From Octopus sinensis (taxonomy: Eukaryota): 64,000 nucleotides of DNA. Positions within the stretch are counted from its first letter, which is position 1. Each line of letters begins with the position of its first letter. The translations under genes and the position numbers were made by a program. This document shows, one piece after another, positions 48,702 through 62,410 of this stretch. The notes beneath the pieces are model-generated. The model was given only the letters and a program-made list of their open reading frames with translations. It was not told where the DNA came from and did no database searches. The stretch spans positions 9,982,001 to 10,046,000 of the forward strand of contig NC_043003.1 of NCBI RefSeq assembly GCF_006345805.1, written 5' to 3'.

Positions 48702-48897
48702 CGTCATATGTAAACAAACATAAGTTTGTTTTGAAGAGTTGAAATTTATTGTAGACCAAGTAGAAAGACAATTTTTTGCAACACATAAATACGGAACAGT
48801 ATGTATAAAAATTATTTTGCTCTTAAAAGGATTTTATCCTTTATATATACAGTTCAGTATTTACGTGTCGAAAACAATTTATCTTTCTATTTGTTCC

Positions 48898-48982
<85 letters not shown>

Positions 48983-49034
48983 TATATATATGTATATATA
49001 TATGTGTGTGTGTGTATAAATCTATAAACATATA

Positions 49035-49088
<54 letters not shown>

Positions 49089-49106
49089 ACATATATGAAT
49101 ACATAT

Positions 49107-49173
<67 letters not shown>

Positions 49174-49735
49174 AGAAAGGGGAGAGGGAGAGAGAGAATA
49201 CGCATTAAGATATCAATCTGTTTTTGTTCGCCATAATTCTCTTCTCTGTTCCAACACCCCCAAGTAATAACAGCACGATTTGTTTCATCGTGTGAAATCT
49301 CTCCGCAATAAATATTATGGTGGACCATGATAGATATGGAGACATTATTACTTTTATTACTCGTTTTCTTATAATGTTTTTTTTTCTTATTAAATGTAAA
49401 CATCAGCAATTGTTTATATAATGAACTTTTAGATTCCCTTAATTCACTTACAACATCGTCAATTTCACTTATAAAACAATAAATGATAAATATGAAAACA
49501 GCGTGACTGACTTCTTTCTAAATACTGAACTGAACTACACAAAAGTATTCCTCAGGAGAGATTAATGTAATATTTAAGGCTTTATGGAGCTAGAATTATG
49601 AGTTAGATAATGGTAATTCACATTACAACAAATATCAATCAGAGACAATCAATAGAAAAAACAAAGATACATACACTCATGTATATAAATGTACATACAT
49701 ACATACATATATGTATATATATATATGTATACATA

Positions 49736-49766
<31 letters not shown>

Positions 49767-49897
49767 TTATATATATATATGTATACATATATATATATAC
49801 ATATACATATATATATATATTTATATATATATACATATGTATATATATATGTATATATATATGCGTATATATATACATACATATATATATAACATAC

Positions 49898-49928
<31 letters not shown>

Positions 49929-49978
49929 CATATGTATATATATATATGCATATATAAATATGTATATATATATATAAT

Positions 49979-50024
<46 letters not shown>

Positions 50025-50179
50025 CATATACATGCATGTATATATGAATATATGTATATAGTATATGTATGTATGAATGTATATTGCATAAGAAATTATT
50101 CTACCTATTATGCATTATAATAACTCTTGAGATAGTGGAACATTTAACATTCGGTGAAATTATTCTGTTTACATTGATG

Positions 50180-50281
50180 ACGAATAATGATTCTGATAAA
50201 ATAATAATAATAATAATAATAATAATAATCAAGATGATAATAATAATAATAATAATAATAATAATAGTAATAAAAATAGTA

Positions 50282-50332
<51 letters not shown>

Positions 50333-50347
50333 GTAATAAAAATAGTA

Positions 50348-50383
<36 letters not shown>

Positions 50384-50398
50384 GTAATAAAAATAGTA

Positions 50399-50468
<70 letters not shown>

Positions 50469-50500
50469 TGAGGAGGAGGAGGAGGAGGAAGATAATAATA
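50180..50500. repeat. Compound (AAT)n microsatellite with a periodic AATAGTAATAAAAATAGTAATAGT variant, ending in (GAG)n
   Basis: The variant block occurs three times (about 50262, 50328, 50380). Confidence 0.95.
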
Positions 50501-50646
50501 GGTGTTCTCAGAGAGATTAAATGGCAACATGAATGACGGTAAGAACCTGGGCTCATTTCCATTTATGCTAAAAATGTCATCAAGTCTAAAAATATTTTAG
50601 CAGAATTATTACTTCTCTAATCTTATTCCAGTGTATTTGAGGAACA

Positions 50647-50720
<74 letters not shown>

Positions 50721-50727
50721 TACATAT

Positions 50728-50764
<37 letters not shown>

Positions 50765-51712
50765 CATATGAAAAATAAAAGAAAATGTCTGCCCCGTATT
50801 ATAACAATACATATATAAATATATATGTGTGTGTGCGTGTGTATGTGTGTTTGAGTGTGTGTGTGTGTATATATAAGCGCATATAATCGAATATATCTAT
50901 ATATTTGCAGATGATGTACACACCCACAGAAAACGTACATGTGCGTACTATCACACGCACACATGCACATATATATATATGTATATAGTTATAAAAACAT
51001 ACAATTATATATATATATATATATAACTTCGGCTGGTGCAGTAAACACGTTCTTTGTAGTCTAGAGATCTTTGAAAATAATGGCTGTGTTAATCATAAAC
51101 TGTCTGTCTATAATTTTATATTAGGATGAGAGTATGTGATGTTGATGGTTATGAAAAATGTCTGGCTAGTGTGTTTGACCGCTCTGTTATTGGTGATATT
51201 TTAGAATCGCAAATATTAGCCAGAAAATATTAGCCGAACTACGCGCTTTCTAAATGATAACGTCTATATTAATAGAACAGAAAATTCCACGAGCTGATCA
51301 AATGAATGTCAACGGACTCCAGTTGCTAGCAATCTTAACTAGAATGAATTTCAGATTGAAAGTGAATTTGGGCAAGAATGAAGTCAATTTACATTATACC
51401 AAAACTTTTGCTGATTAAAAATATGTGTGTACAAATAGTCAATGGGCAATCGTCGAAAAATTAAATGGTTTTCAAATTAACATAATGTGACAAGTTTAAG
51501 CTAGTGCGTAACAAGGTCTAAGGACGCAAAGCTGTGCTGGAGGTGGAGTGAAAACTAACAGAAAAACCGGTGTCTATCTCTCTTCTGTTGGTAGTTCTCC
51601 GATGCAAAGATAACAAAGCACAATTTAACTGAAAAACCGGAATTCTTTCGACACAAACTCTTGTGATGTCGGAGCGGAAATTACCAAAGGGACAAAACGG
51701 AGTCAAATAGTA

Positions 51713-52065
51713 TCAGTCTGAATAAAAAGTAAGCATCGTTTTGAAACATAAAATTCATCATAATATATTTCGACAATGCGGAAATTTTATTCATCAAATT
51801 TAGTACCATTACAATCAACTCATTTTTGTCAAGGAGTTACAAGTTTGTTTATTCCAGTAACATACAAATCCGGAGTTCTGGAGCTGATGAACTCTTTGAA
51901 CGCACTTTTAGCATCGGTTTTGATTTTTTCAAACTCCTTCTCTCACAGGAAACCATCAAGGTGCTTGAAAAAGTGGTAGTCGGTAGCAGAAATGGCTAGG
52001 GAATAAGTTGGGTAGGGAAGAACTTCGTAACCACGTTTCCTCAACTTTTGGAGCGTCATTAGTGA
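51713..52065 (-). mobile_element. mariner (cecropia/Hsmar1-like) 3' fragment
   Basis: TLQKLRKRGYEVLPYPTYSLAISATDYHFFKHLDGFL..SRTPDLYVTGINKLV; TIR-like TA-TCAGTCTGAATAAAAAGTAAGC. Confidence 0.85.
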
Positions 52066-52069
52066 AACA

Positions 52070-53400
52070 TATGGGTTCATTCATTCGCAACAAACTCGCT
52101 ACAGCCTTCCATCTTTTTTCTTATGCATCAGATGACAGGCATTTTCTCTCTACACTTATTCTCCTCCTAAGATGTTAGATGAGGTAATTGACCGGTCCAA
52201 GGCTGGAGATGAATGCGCCTGTCACGATTCCTTTCACGCGGGTCTTCCATATCACTTCTTTCGTTATAGCAACAACAGCGAGAAAACGAGCCTTTTTTCT
52301 TTGTTAACAAGGCAGAGGAACAATCTTTACAATCGACTCGGAAGAAAGTTGTACTCTTCCCAGCCATGAAAACAGATGTTCAGCGTAAACCTACATCTCT
52401 ACATCTCAGGGATTTGGGGGAATTGCACAATTGCGTACAGAATGGTTTCCTTGTCCTGCTCGCATCTTGGTCACCTGGGTGAACAAGTGGTACCATGTCT
52501 TGCGAGTTTATCGCAAACTGGTAAATCTCCTCGGTAACACTGCCAGGCTAGGGATCTTTGGAAGTTATCGAAGGGTCCTGGTTCGAATGTCCTTCGGATC
52601 AGACTGGCTAGTTCCTCCTCATCGAAGCCGAGATTCTCCTCCAGGACGTAGTTACACTTAGCCTCCACCAAACCTCTATAGAAAGACGAGGTGGAAGCCC
52701 CGCCGCTAGTGCTGCCCGTGTGACAGAGAGGTTTGGGCGCCTGATGACACTCCAGTTGCCAAGAACCCAACTTTAGTCTACACTTGATCCAAGGTCCTAG
52801 TCCACTCAAAATAGTAAACCCAGGAAGTAACGACGCGCGTCTTCCCAGATACATGGGTAGAAGGATTACCTTCTCCGTCTTGAAGGGAGTAACGTCATGC
52901 TACCTGGCCACAGCCTCGGGCGCAAACCGCCCCCCCCCCCCACCGTTGTGAACTTTCTCCCTCTAGCTAGGTAATCCAGCTCTTTCTAAATGGGTTGCAG
53001 GGCCATTTCCCCTTCAGCTCTATCCGATACAGTCTTACGTTGTATTTTCTATACAACACCGTTCTTTTGGCTGCCCTTTCTGTAGTTTCCCTGAGAGGGG
53101 ATATATTGATATTATTTACCTCCTTATTCATCATTTCTTGGAATCTTTCGATTCCCTCCAAACACATTTTCAGACTGCCGTCTCACCGCCTCTGCGATAT
53201 TCCACCTTTCCGTCTCTCAATCTATTTCGTTTAGACATCTCATCAGCTCGTTCTCAGACGACGACGGGTCTGAGTAGCTAATTCTCTCCATTTTAACAGC
53301 GCTTCCTCTTCAAAAAAAGGAGGACAACGTCAAGAAAACTGCCGTAAGACAGCAAAACCAGGTGTCTTAAGACACTGCAGTTAATAGCAAATACAACTTT
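52070..53400 (-). mobile_element. Tx1/L1-clade LINE remnant: ORF1-like 5' part joined to ORF2 C-terminus
   Basis: FQRSLAWQCYRGDLPVCDKL..SPR*PRCEQDKETILYAIVQFP (zf-RVT-like) and KEVIWKTR..HLRRRISVERKCLS..RW; RT core absent. Confidence 0.7.
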
Positions 53401-53495
53401 AACTAGACTTTCGCACAAACAAAGCTGACGATCAACTCGGCCACAGATGATTGCAACAACGATTGAAAAAATATCGATGTTACTTTATTAATGCA

Positions 53496-53885
53496 CTAGC
53501 AGTATCGCCCTGCGTTGCTCGGGTTTGTTTCGATCCTTTAGAATTGGAAATTTTGAAAAGTAAAACTTTTGCATTATGTATCTTGTTATTCTCTTTAATT
53601 GAACATTTTTCTGGTTGAAATACACCGACAAATGGCGACACAGCAGTCAAAAAATCGTAAAAAATAGGGATTTTCATAGGAAAAAAGCACCTTTTTGATG
53701 TAAATAATTGTTGGTGTTAACATGGTCCGATTTGAATTTTATCTTCTACGGAAGGAAAAGCAAGCCTTCTTCTCATACTCTCAATTTTGGTCAACTTGCA
53801 CCGCAGGGTCTCGGAGGAGATAATGTTAGTTGAAGGCTACCAAACCTGCCATACACAAACAACTTCAGCTTTATATAGAGAGAGA
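53496..53885 (-). mobile_element. Non-autonomous Helitron (390 bp)
   Basis: Canonical A|TC...CTAG|T termini with subterminal hairpin CCCGAGCAACGCAGGG; homologous to 31021-31418. Confidence 0.88.
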
Positions 53886-54858
53886 TTTGGGCAAGTTTAT
53901 GTCTGTATTTATGAAACAATTGCAATTTTTTTTTTTTAATATTCAAAACTGCAAAAATCCACTACAAGCTCTCCATGGTTCAAAACGCTGCTTACTGTTT
54001 ACTCAACCTGATATTTTGGAGATAGAATGACAGTGAGCAGTATGGGAAATGAATTTTCCTATGTTCCATACTCGGACAACTCTTGTATGTTATTCTCCAG
54101 CGAATCCTTTTGTTTTTATATGACAAGAAATTGCTTGTCTCACACTGTACCGACGTTTTCGGTTACCCCTGGCTGTCAGTAATGGAGCAGTGATAGAATG
54201 ATTGTTTATAATTCGCAAACATGAACTGCTGTTGTTTGTGAAGAACTTTTATGGTATTTATGGTAAAAAGCGCTAAACTTCAATGGGGAACATTCTCGGA
54301 GTGTTTAAGTGGCTCTTTTTTGGCCAGCAAGCTGTCAGTTGGAGTTGAAACAATTCTTGTTTCATAAAAAAATATTTCTGCATATTTCTGCATTTCTGAT
54401 TGCCAAAATTGGCCAATTTCTCCCCAGTCTAAGATTTGGCGATAAAACTATGTAAATAAAACACAAAGCCACAAATTAATGAATAACTTAATTAGCGCTG
54501 TTTGTCGACAAAATTCACTTGCGTCAAATAGGCAAAGAAGTATCTAAACAAAAAGAAACAATGTAATGCTTTTTATTGAACACTACTACGTCCACCACCC
54601 ACACACACACGCACGTGCACAAACATATGCATGTATGCATACATATACCAATTTCATATATACATAAACATTCACATACATAAATACATACATATATATA
54701 TTTCTGATTCATATTCTATTTTCAGTTATCTCTGTCTTCCTTTCTTTCTCCCTCACCTCCCTTCCTTCCATTTTATTAGTTAGCTCTGCGTGTGTGTGTG
54801 TTTGCAGGTATGAATGTGTACGTACGCCGCTATATGTATATATTAAAAAAATGGAAGG

Positions 54859-55043
54859 ACAGGCGACAACAAAATATCCGGACAGTGGCCTGTCAGATTG
54901 GAGCAGTCTCGAGTGTAAGCGGCCGAAACTGCAGGGATGATCTGGAACTCAACTGACGATACAAAGCTCTGAATAACCCGTCCTTGTTTTTTCCTGTCCT
55001 TCTTTGTATCATCTAAATGTCCGGATGTTTTGTTGTCGCCTGT
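54859..55043. repeat. 185-bp element bounded by a 26-bp inverted repeat (possibly Penelope-related)
   Basis: ACAGGCGACAACAAAA(T/C)ATCCGGACA at 54859-54884 and inverted at 55018-55043, one mismatch. Confidence 0.7.
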
Positions 55044-55083
55044 TGTCTTGTTCCATTTACATATATATATATATATATATATC

Positions 55084-55114
<31 letters not shown>

Positions 55115-56140
55115 ATATATTATATATATATATATGTATATATACACAAAAGAAACGAGAGAAAGTGACAGTCAGCACATTTGATAGGAATTATATTTTA
55201 TATCATTATTTAAGAACTGTTTGATTTGGCTGCATGCAACATATATTTTCGTTGGCTTGTCAAACGAACCTAGCTCGTCACGCTTAGGCGACCGATTGGA
55301 AGAATGGCGAAAGTTGAAAACGGTTACTGGAGTCATGTCTATAAATTTTACGTGTATATGTGTATGTGTATGTATGTATGTGTGTATGTATGCGTGTGTA
55401 TTTGTGTGTGTATTTGTGTGTTGTGTATATGTATGTGCATATAATAAAAGAACATCAAAGAATGGAGTAAGCTAACAGTTTTTAATGTTTTGTGTACATA
55501 TGTTTCATTGGCCTCAGTTAACCAGTCTTGCATAACACCATTTCTGTTTTAACAACTACTCGTCTAGTTCATATACTATAGCGATCTTCTTTAACAGTCC
55601 ATACAGAAGTTAACGTGTCCGAACATGACAACAAGCATCAAGCCGATTACAACGAATTGTCTTCTTGCTTGTCATGTTCGGACCGTTTATCTTCGGTGTG
55701 GATTGTTAAGGAAGATCTCCATAATACAAGGTAGTCCAGTAGTTATTAATAGTCAAATGACAATATGAAAGTTTGGGTTACTGAAACTATGAAACGTGTA
55801 AAGTAAACAATAAACGGAATTAGCTAAATCAATCCTTTGATGTTCTTTCATTATATATGGTCTACGGATGCTTTGTGGATCTTCGGGTAACTGGTGTGGA
55901 TGAGTCCCATTGCACATCCCCGCCTATTAATTTTCGGGTAGCCATCATCCGTGCGAGATCTTCATGAACTAAACTCTTGGATTACACATCCCAATTCATC
56001 GACTATACATATGTATGTATGTATGTATGTATGTGTGGATGGATGGATGGATGGATGGATGAATGCGTGGCGTTCAATCATATAATAATATAAGGGATAT
56101 ATATATATACATAAGTATATGTACATACTGACATCCATAC

Positions 56141-56179
<39 letters not shown>

Positions 56180-57568
56180 CATATACATACACATATATTA
56201 TGATTATTTATTCTTTGCCGCTTCTCCGTATTGACTGTATTTGACTAAGGACCGGGAACGAAAGAATCCGCTTGGCGTCTAACAGAGGCTCGTGTTTAAA
56301 CAACAAGTAGTATTATTTATTCCAGTCGACAGGATTCACACAGTGGGGGGGGGGGGACAATCACAATCAACTTTGTATCGATAAATCTGTCTCAATGTCT
56401 ACTACCCTCACTCTCATACTTTCTTTTCTTATACGTACTTGCGTATATAGGTGCGTGAATGTATTTCTAGACAAACGTGGCGTATGAGTGTATTTTCTAT
56501 GGAAGAAAACTGCAAATAAATGCTCATAATCTGGGAGCGAAAGTAGAATTAATGGCTTTGATATAATACAAACATTTGGCTGTAAGATTGAATCTTATTC
56601 AATCAGGATTCAGCTCTCCTATTAGTTATTCTGTTATTTATCATTAATAAATGTAGCAAACGTTAATGTAATAATATCGTTCATCACACTTTAGATGCCG
56701 GCTTTTGTTGCATTCTTTCCTTTTCTACTTAAACAGCAAATATGCATACATTATAATATATTCATATAGATATACATTCATATGCAATACGTACACACAC
56801 ACACAACACACACACACACACACACACACACTTTATTAATAAAACTGCAAAAACATCACAAAACTGTTAGACAGAGTTTCACATTTCCGTTGGTCGGACG
56901 GTTTTGCTTTACATATCTATACATATGCATGTCTGTATCATATGCATACATACATATACATGTGCGTGTGTATATATATGTATATATATGTGTGTGTGTG
57001 AGTATGTGTGAGTGAATGTGTGTGTGTGTGTATGTGTGTGTGTGAGTGAGTGTGTGTGTGTGAGTGAAATAAAGAAATAGTGTGTGTGTGAGTGAGTGAG
57101 TGTGTGTATGTGTGTGTGTATGTGTCTGTGTATGTGTGTGTGGGTGTGTGTGTGAGTGAGTGTGTGTGAGTGAATGTGTGTGTGTGAGTGTGTGTACATA
57201 TATATATATTATATTTTATATATATATGTGTGTGTGTGGTGTTTGTGTAGTGATCTTGTTTATGCCTAAACTGAAATAGAATACAACATTTATCGGAAAA
57301 AAATTTTGAAAATATAAAGGATAAAAGATGCTATACTGTTGGAGTCGTATATATTTGCAGTATAAATTATTCAGAGCAAGAAAACATCGTCTTTGATAGT
57401 TCGCATGCCTTCATTGTGCGGGTTATCACATGATTTTATATATTTATCATTGATAAATGTTCTCTGTAAGCATGCAGTGCAAACGATATATCATATAAAT
57501 AATAAACATTAGGACATACGTAAATAAAATTATGTATACATACTAAATAAATACAATTTTATATAAAA

Positions 57569-58600
57569 CTAGCAGGAATATCCGGTGTTGCTCGGGTTAA
57601 AAAGAGCAACGAAATTTTAAAATACCGTCTAGATTACGCGGGTCTCAACTGCTAGTAGCTTAAATATCAACTTTTGTACATTAATAACTCTCCAACCTAT
57701 GCCAGCATGGAGCAGAGACGTTAAGTGACGTGATAAAAAAAGTTTTCAACTCATATATGTATATAAAGTACATAGATAAAATTCAAATACATGTTTTGTG
57801 TAGCTTATTTCCTAACTAAAAATCAAGTGCACATTATAAACAATGAAAGGCCGATTTTAGTGATTCATTTGACAGAAGTGGTAGAGAGTCAATCCGATGA
57901 TAAATCTGACCTTGGATCGTGGAAGTCTGCCTGAATCCTGGCTCAGTTCAATCTCTTTTGGCTCCAAATACTGTCATCTGTAGTGCAGCGTTGTATTGCT
58001 TAATTTTGTTTTGGAAGTGCTTGGAATCTTGGTCAGTTGATGACAACATTTTCTTCAATGACTCTGGAAGTTGGGGGATTTCAGGGAGTTTAGCCTTTCC
58101 ACCACTGCAGCACAGTGCAGGTGTCTCTGCAGGCCACTTCCTTGCTTTACAATGTATGCACTCAGTTGTCATTGCACCAATGGAAACTCTAGTGACTTCT
58201 GTATAATGAACTGCTCGTTCATATTTGAAAGCTGCTTCAAAGAGATTGCTTCTCTGAGCTGTTGCAACTGCCCTTCGTTCTGCAGTGGAAATGCTATTCC
58301 TTGTCAGCCGTGCGTACCTCTGTTCATCACTTTGAGATCTTCTGGCTTTTGTAGTGCACAGTCTATTCGATTCTTGATATGCTTCCCTTTCTGCAACTGT
58401 CTCTCTTTCCCTGGACAGAAACATTCTTTTGGCTGACCTTGATATTGTAGACAAATTTGACACTTTCCTTCAAGGCATGGTTATATACGTATACTGATAT
58501 GCACAGGGCAAAAAATAAATAAGAAATTTTAAGGAAAAATAAAGAATTGTATGGGTTGAAGCGAAATTTGTCAGTGAACCAAAAAGCCAGTGTCGAAAGA
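57569..58600 (-). mobile_element. Internally deleted Helitron carrying a RepHel N-terminal fragment
   Basis: 3' end CCCGAGCAACACCGGATATTCCTGCTAG|T; 5' end not located. Confidence 0.85.
57948..58463 (-). pseudogene. Helitron RepHel N-terminal fragment (171 aa)
   Basis: AAFKY..VSIGAMTTECIHCKARKWPAETPALCCSGGK..LP..SKHFQNKIKQYNAALQMTVFGA is the conserved Helitron N-terminal Cys-rich motif; Rep and helicase domains absent. Confidence 0.85.
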
Positions 58601-58659
58601 AACAGAAAAAAGTTGTTAACGCCAGAAAAATACAAAACGGTTGCTAAAGTAAATAAGTA

Positions 58660-59260
58660 ATTTTGGGGGGAAATTAACTAAGTGTACGGATTTAAGTGAA
58701 ATTTTTGAAGTTACTTTTGTCAGTTACTATTGTTACATAAAATCTCCATTGGCTTCAACCACGGTCTTTTGGATGATCTCCTTGTTTAAGTTGCCTTCAG
58801 TTCATATTTGGTGTTACAAGGAGTTTTGTTGGTCTCTCGTTCAACTGCGCCTCACATATAAAAATGAAGGCCAGATATTAGGGGTGATGTGGTTGCAGAA
58901 ATAGTCTGACAGCCATGACTGGGTTCCCGTTGCCAGACATAGGGTCTTCCATCAGCCACCCTCTTGATCCAAGCACTTGATGAAGGCCTCCGTGTCGAGT
59001 GTGAGGCCGTGTGGGATGATGAATGGAGGCATAACATCGCCATCACTAGTGATCACTCCAAATTCCATGACGTTGACTGAATGTTTGATTTTTATCATTG
59101 TCGGTACATGTCCTCAGATTTCCCTGACCTCAGATTGATACTCAAATACTCTGAAATGTTCGTACTGGAGCTTCCGGCGTATCGTTTCCAAATTTCTGGC
59201 AGAGTGAATTGCATCATGGTGTTGTTTTTCTCACAGATGGTGCCTAACTGACCCTACTAT
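58660..59260 (-). mobile_element. Internally deleted maT-like (DD37D-type) Tc1/mariner element
   Basis: KHSVNVMEFGVITSDGDVMPPFIIPHGLTLDTEAFIKCL, DYFCNHITPNIWP and VVEANGD; N-terminal MMQFTLPEIWKR. Subfamily assigned from motif style, not from a countable triad. Confidence 0.75.
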
Positions 59261-59493
59261 ACTGTGTAGTCGACAAAATTAAAACAAAACAATGCGCATA
59301 CCCCAAATTACAAGTATAGAATTGCATGCCATATATATGAGTGAATGCGTGTGTATGTGTGTGTGCCAATTTATATGTGTGTGTATATGTGTGCGTAAGT
59401 GTGGGTGAGTGTGAATATATAGTTGGTTTATAGATGGATATAGCTACATCGCTCATATCTATGCGACAATATTGTTATTTACGTATAACAATA

Positions 59494-59676
59494 GTCGCAG
59501 GAGTGGCTGTGTGGTATGTAGCTTGCTTACCAACCACATGGTTCCGGGTTCATTCCCACTGCGTAGCACCTTGGGCAAGTGTCTTCTGCTATAGCCTCGG
59601 ACCGACCAAAGCCTTGTGAGTGGATTTGGTAGACGGAAACTGAAAGAAGCCCCTCGTATATATGTATATGTATGTA

Positions 59677-59714
<38 letters not shown>

Positions 59715-59915
59715 GTGTTTGTCCCCCCCAACATCGCTTGACAATCGATGGTGGTGTGTTTACGTCCCCGTAACTTAGCGGTTCGGCAAAAGAGACCGAC
59801 AGAATAAGTACTAGGCTTACAAAGTATAAGTCCTGGGGTCGATTTGCTCGACTAAAGGCGGTGCTCCAGCATGGCCGCAGTCAAAATGACTGAAATAAGT
59901 AAAAGAGTAAAAGAG
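59494..59915 (+). mobile_element. SINE family B, full length
   Basis: Head GCAGGAGTGGCTGTGTGG..GGGTTCATTCCC, internal (GT)n, 3' GGCGGTGCTCCAGCATGGCCGCAGTCAAAATGACTGAAATAAG(TAAAAGAG)2. Confidence 0.93.
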
Positions 59916-61382
59916 TATACTCTAATGTAATCATATATATTTGTGTGTGTATTTTGAGTGGTTATATTCAGGAAATAGATAATGGAATGAGATAGCGGTA
60001 TTTCTCATATGAAGTTAAACTTGAGTGAAAATTTTGCAGATGTCTATCTACCTGTCAGTTCTCTGCATTCACTATTACGAGAAAATTGTGAAATTCTGTA
60101 TCCAAGCTTTTAAATTTGAGAATCATTTAGTTGAAACAAATAACATTAACAAAAATTGCAGCAATTCCGTAATATGTAATTTACTTTGAGCTATTTTAGT
60201 TAATGCTTAAGGTATTTTATATTTTAACGAATAGCTTCAATTACATTTATAAGTCTAAAATTCAAAATTTTATTCATTTAGAAATTAATCTTCTAAATTT
60301 GAGTATCATTTAGCTTGTAGCGAATAACATTAAGAAAATCTACTGAAATTTGATATTTGTGAATATTGTAGTAAAATTTCAGCTAAGACTAATGACGTTT
60401 TTGCTAGCATTTAAAGTGTTTTATATTTTAAAATATAATTCCTGTTTCATTTAGACGTCATAAAATTCAACATTTTATTAATTAAAAAAATTCAGTTTTA
60501 TTTACTCTGATAAGATACCCACACATCTTATATTGAAATTTATTTCTTAATGCAAAGTAATTAAGAAGGTGCGTAATACATTCTATAGAGGTGGATGAGA
60601 AGCCCTGCTTTCTAAGGAGATGAAGAATATAAGAATTATATTTCATATTTATTGTAAACAAAATGAATGACTGCAAGATGGCCGAATATGCGGTCATCGG
60701 AAAGCTCCATTGTGGTATTAGTTTCTCAAGTTTGTCTTTCATCCTTCCGGGGATGATAAAATGTAAAACCAAATATTGGCCGGTACTATAGCAAAATTGC
60801 TGACCTAGTTACTAAATCAGAAACCACTATAAATAAACGAATATACATCGTTGATGGGAAACAAGCAAATTTTAAATGTGTCTTGAGTATACTGTCCATT
60901 ATAAAAAAAAATTTTTTTAGAATTTAAACACTTAATACACACAAAATTACATAAAGATCAAATTTTGGTTTCTATCGTAAAAATTATCTTTGAAATCAAT
61001 TACATTATACATTATGTATAAACAAAACATGAATGAACTAAAATTCGAATAAGCATAAAATCAGTCGATTAATACGATTAGAGACATTAATTCGATTAAA
61101 TGAAAATAAAAAGAAGACTGAAATCAGTTGAATAACTTTAAAGTTATTAGTATGTAGATAAAGGGGGAAAGATTGTTTTGATTTGATAGTCAATATTTAA
61201 ACAAAATTTAATATCAAAAGCGTTTGATGTGTTTTGGAAAGTACTTATATGTATAAAAATATACTTTCACTTAAATATCATTCCACAGCCCAGATTCTAT
61301 TCCCCATGAACCGTTAGTAAAGGTACTTTCAAGCAAGCCATCATAACAACTGCGCCTACGTTAAAAAGCCACGTAATATTTC

Positions 61383-61580
61383 TTTTCTACTCTAGGCACA
61401 AGGCCTGAACTTTTGAGGGAGGCGGCCAGTCGATTAGGCTGACCCCAGTACTTAATTTATTGATCCCGAAAGGATGAAAGGCAAAGTCGACCGCGGCGGA
61501 ATTTGAACTCAGAGCACAAAGAGAGGAAACACTGCTAAGCATTTCACCCGGCGTGCTAACGATTCTGCCAGCTCGCCTCC
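61383..61580 (-). mobile_element. SINE family A, tail type 2
   Basis: Head-to-head with the dimer starting at 61612. Confidence 0.88.
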
Positions 61581-61611
61581 GTCAGCTTCGTAATATTTAT
61601 TATACATGCAA

Positions 61612-62010
61612 GGCGGCGAGCTGGCAGAAACATTAGCATGCCGGGCGAAATGCTTTGTGGTACTTCGTCCGCCGCTGCATTCTGAGTTCAAATTCCGCCG
61701 AGGTCGACTTTGCCTTTCATCCTTTCGGGGTCGATAAATTAAGTACCAGTTACGCACTGGAAGTCGATATAATCGACTTAATCCGTTTGTCTGTCCTTGT
61801 TTGTTCTCTCTCTGTGTTTAGCCCCTTGTGGGTAATAAAGAAATAGGTATTTCGTCTGTCTTTACGTTCTAAGTTCAAGTATCGCCGAAGTTGACTTTGC
61901 CTTTCATCATTTCGGGGTCGATAAATTTAGTACCAGTTGCCTACTGGAGTCGATCTAACCAACTGGCCCTCTCCCATAAAATTTCGGGCCTTGTGCCTAG
62001 AGTAGAAAAG
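61612..62010 (+). mobile_element. SINE-A dimer (tail 1 plus headless tail 2)
   Basis: Junction at 61845/61846; flanked by AATATTTATTAT on both sides. Confidence 0.9.
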
Positions 62011-62030
62011 AATATTTATTATGCAAATAA

Positions 62031-62410
62031 GGCGGTGAGCTGGCAGAAACGTTAGCACGCCGGGCGAAATGCGTAGCCGTATTTCGTCTACCGCTACGTT
62101 CTGAGTTCAAATTCTGCCGAGGTCGACTTTGCCTTTCATCATTTCGGGGTCGATTAAATAAGTACCAGTTACGCACTGGGCTCGGTATAATTGACTTAAT
62201 CCGTTTGTCTGTCCTTGTTTGTTCTCTCTGTGTTTAGCCCCTTGTGGGTAGTAAAGAAATAGATATTTCATATGTCTTTACGGTCTGAGTTCAAACTCCG
62301 CCATGGTTGGCTTTGCCTTTCGTCCTTTCGGGGTCGATAAATTAAGCCCCAGTTGCGTAGTGGGGTCGATTTAATCGATTAGTCCCCTCCCTTGTACCTA
62401 GATTACTAAA
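62031..62410 (+). mobile_element. Second tandem SINE-A dimer (tail 1 plus headless tail 2)
   Basis: Junction at 62261/62262; followed by ATATTTATTAT. Confidence 0.88.

Noticed and set aside
54945-54990. CTGACGA..GAAT..GTC as a hammerhead in the inverted-repeat element
   Set aside because: Stem II does not pair, GAAA is GAAT, and the stem I register needs an extra base.
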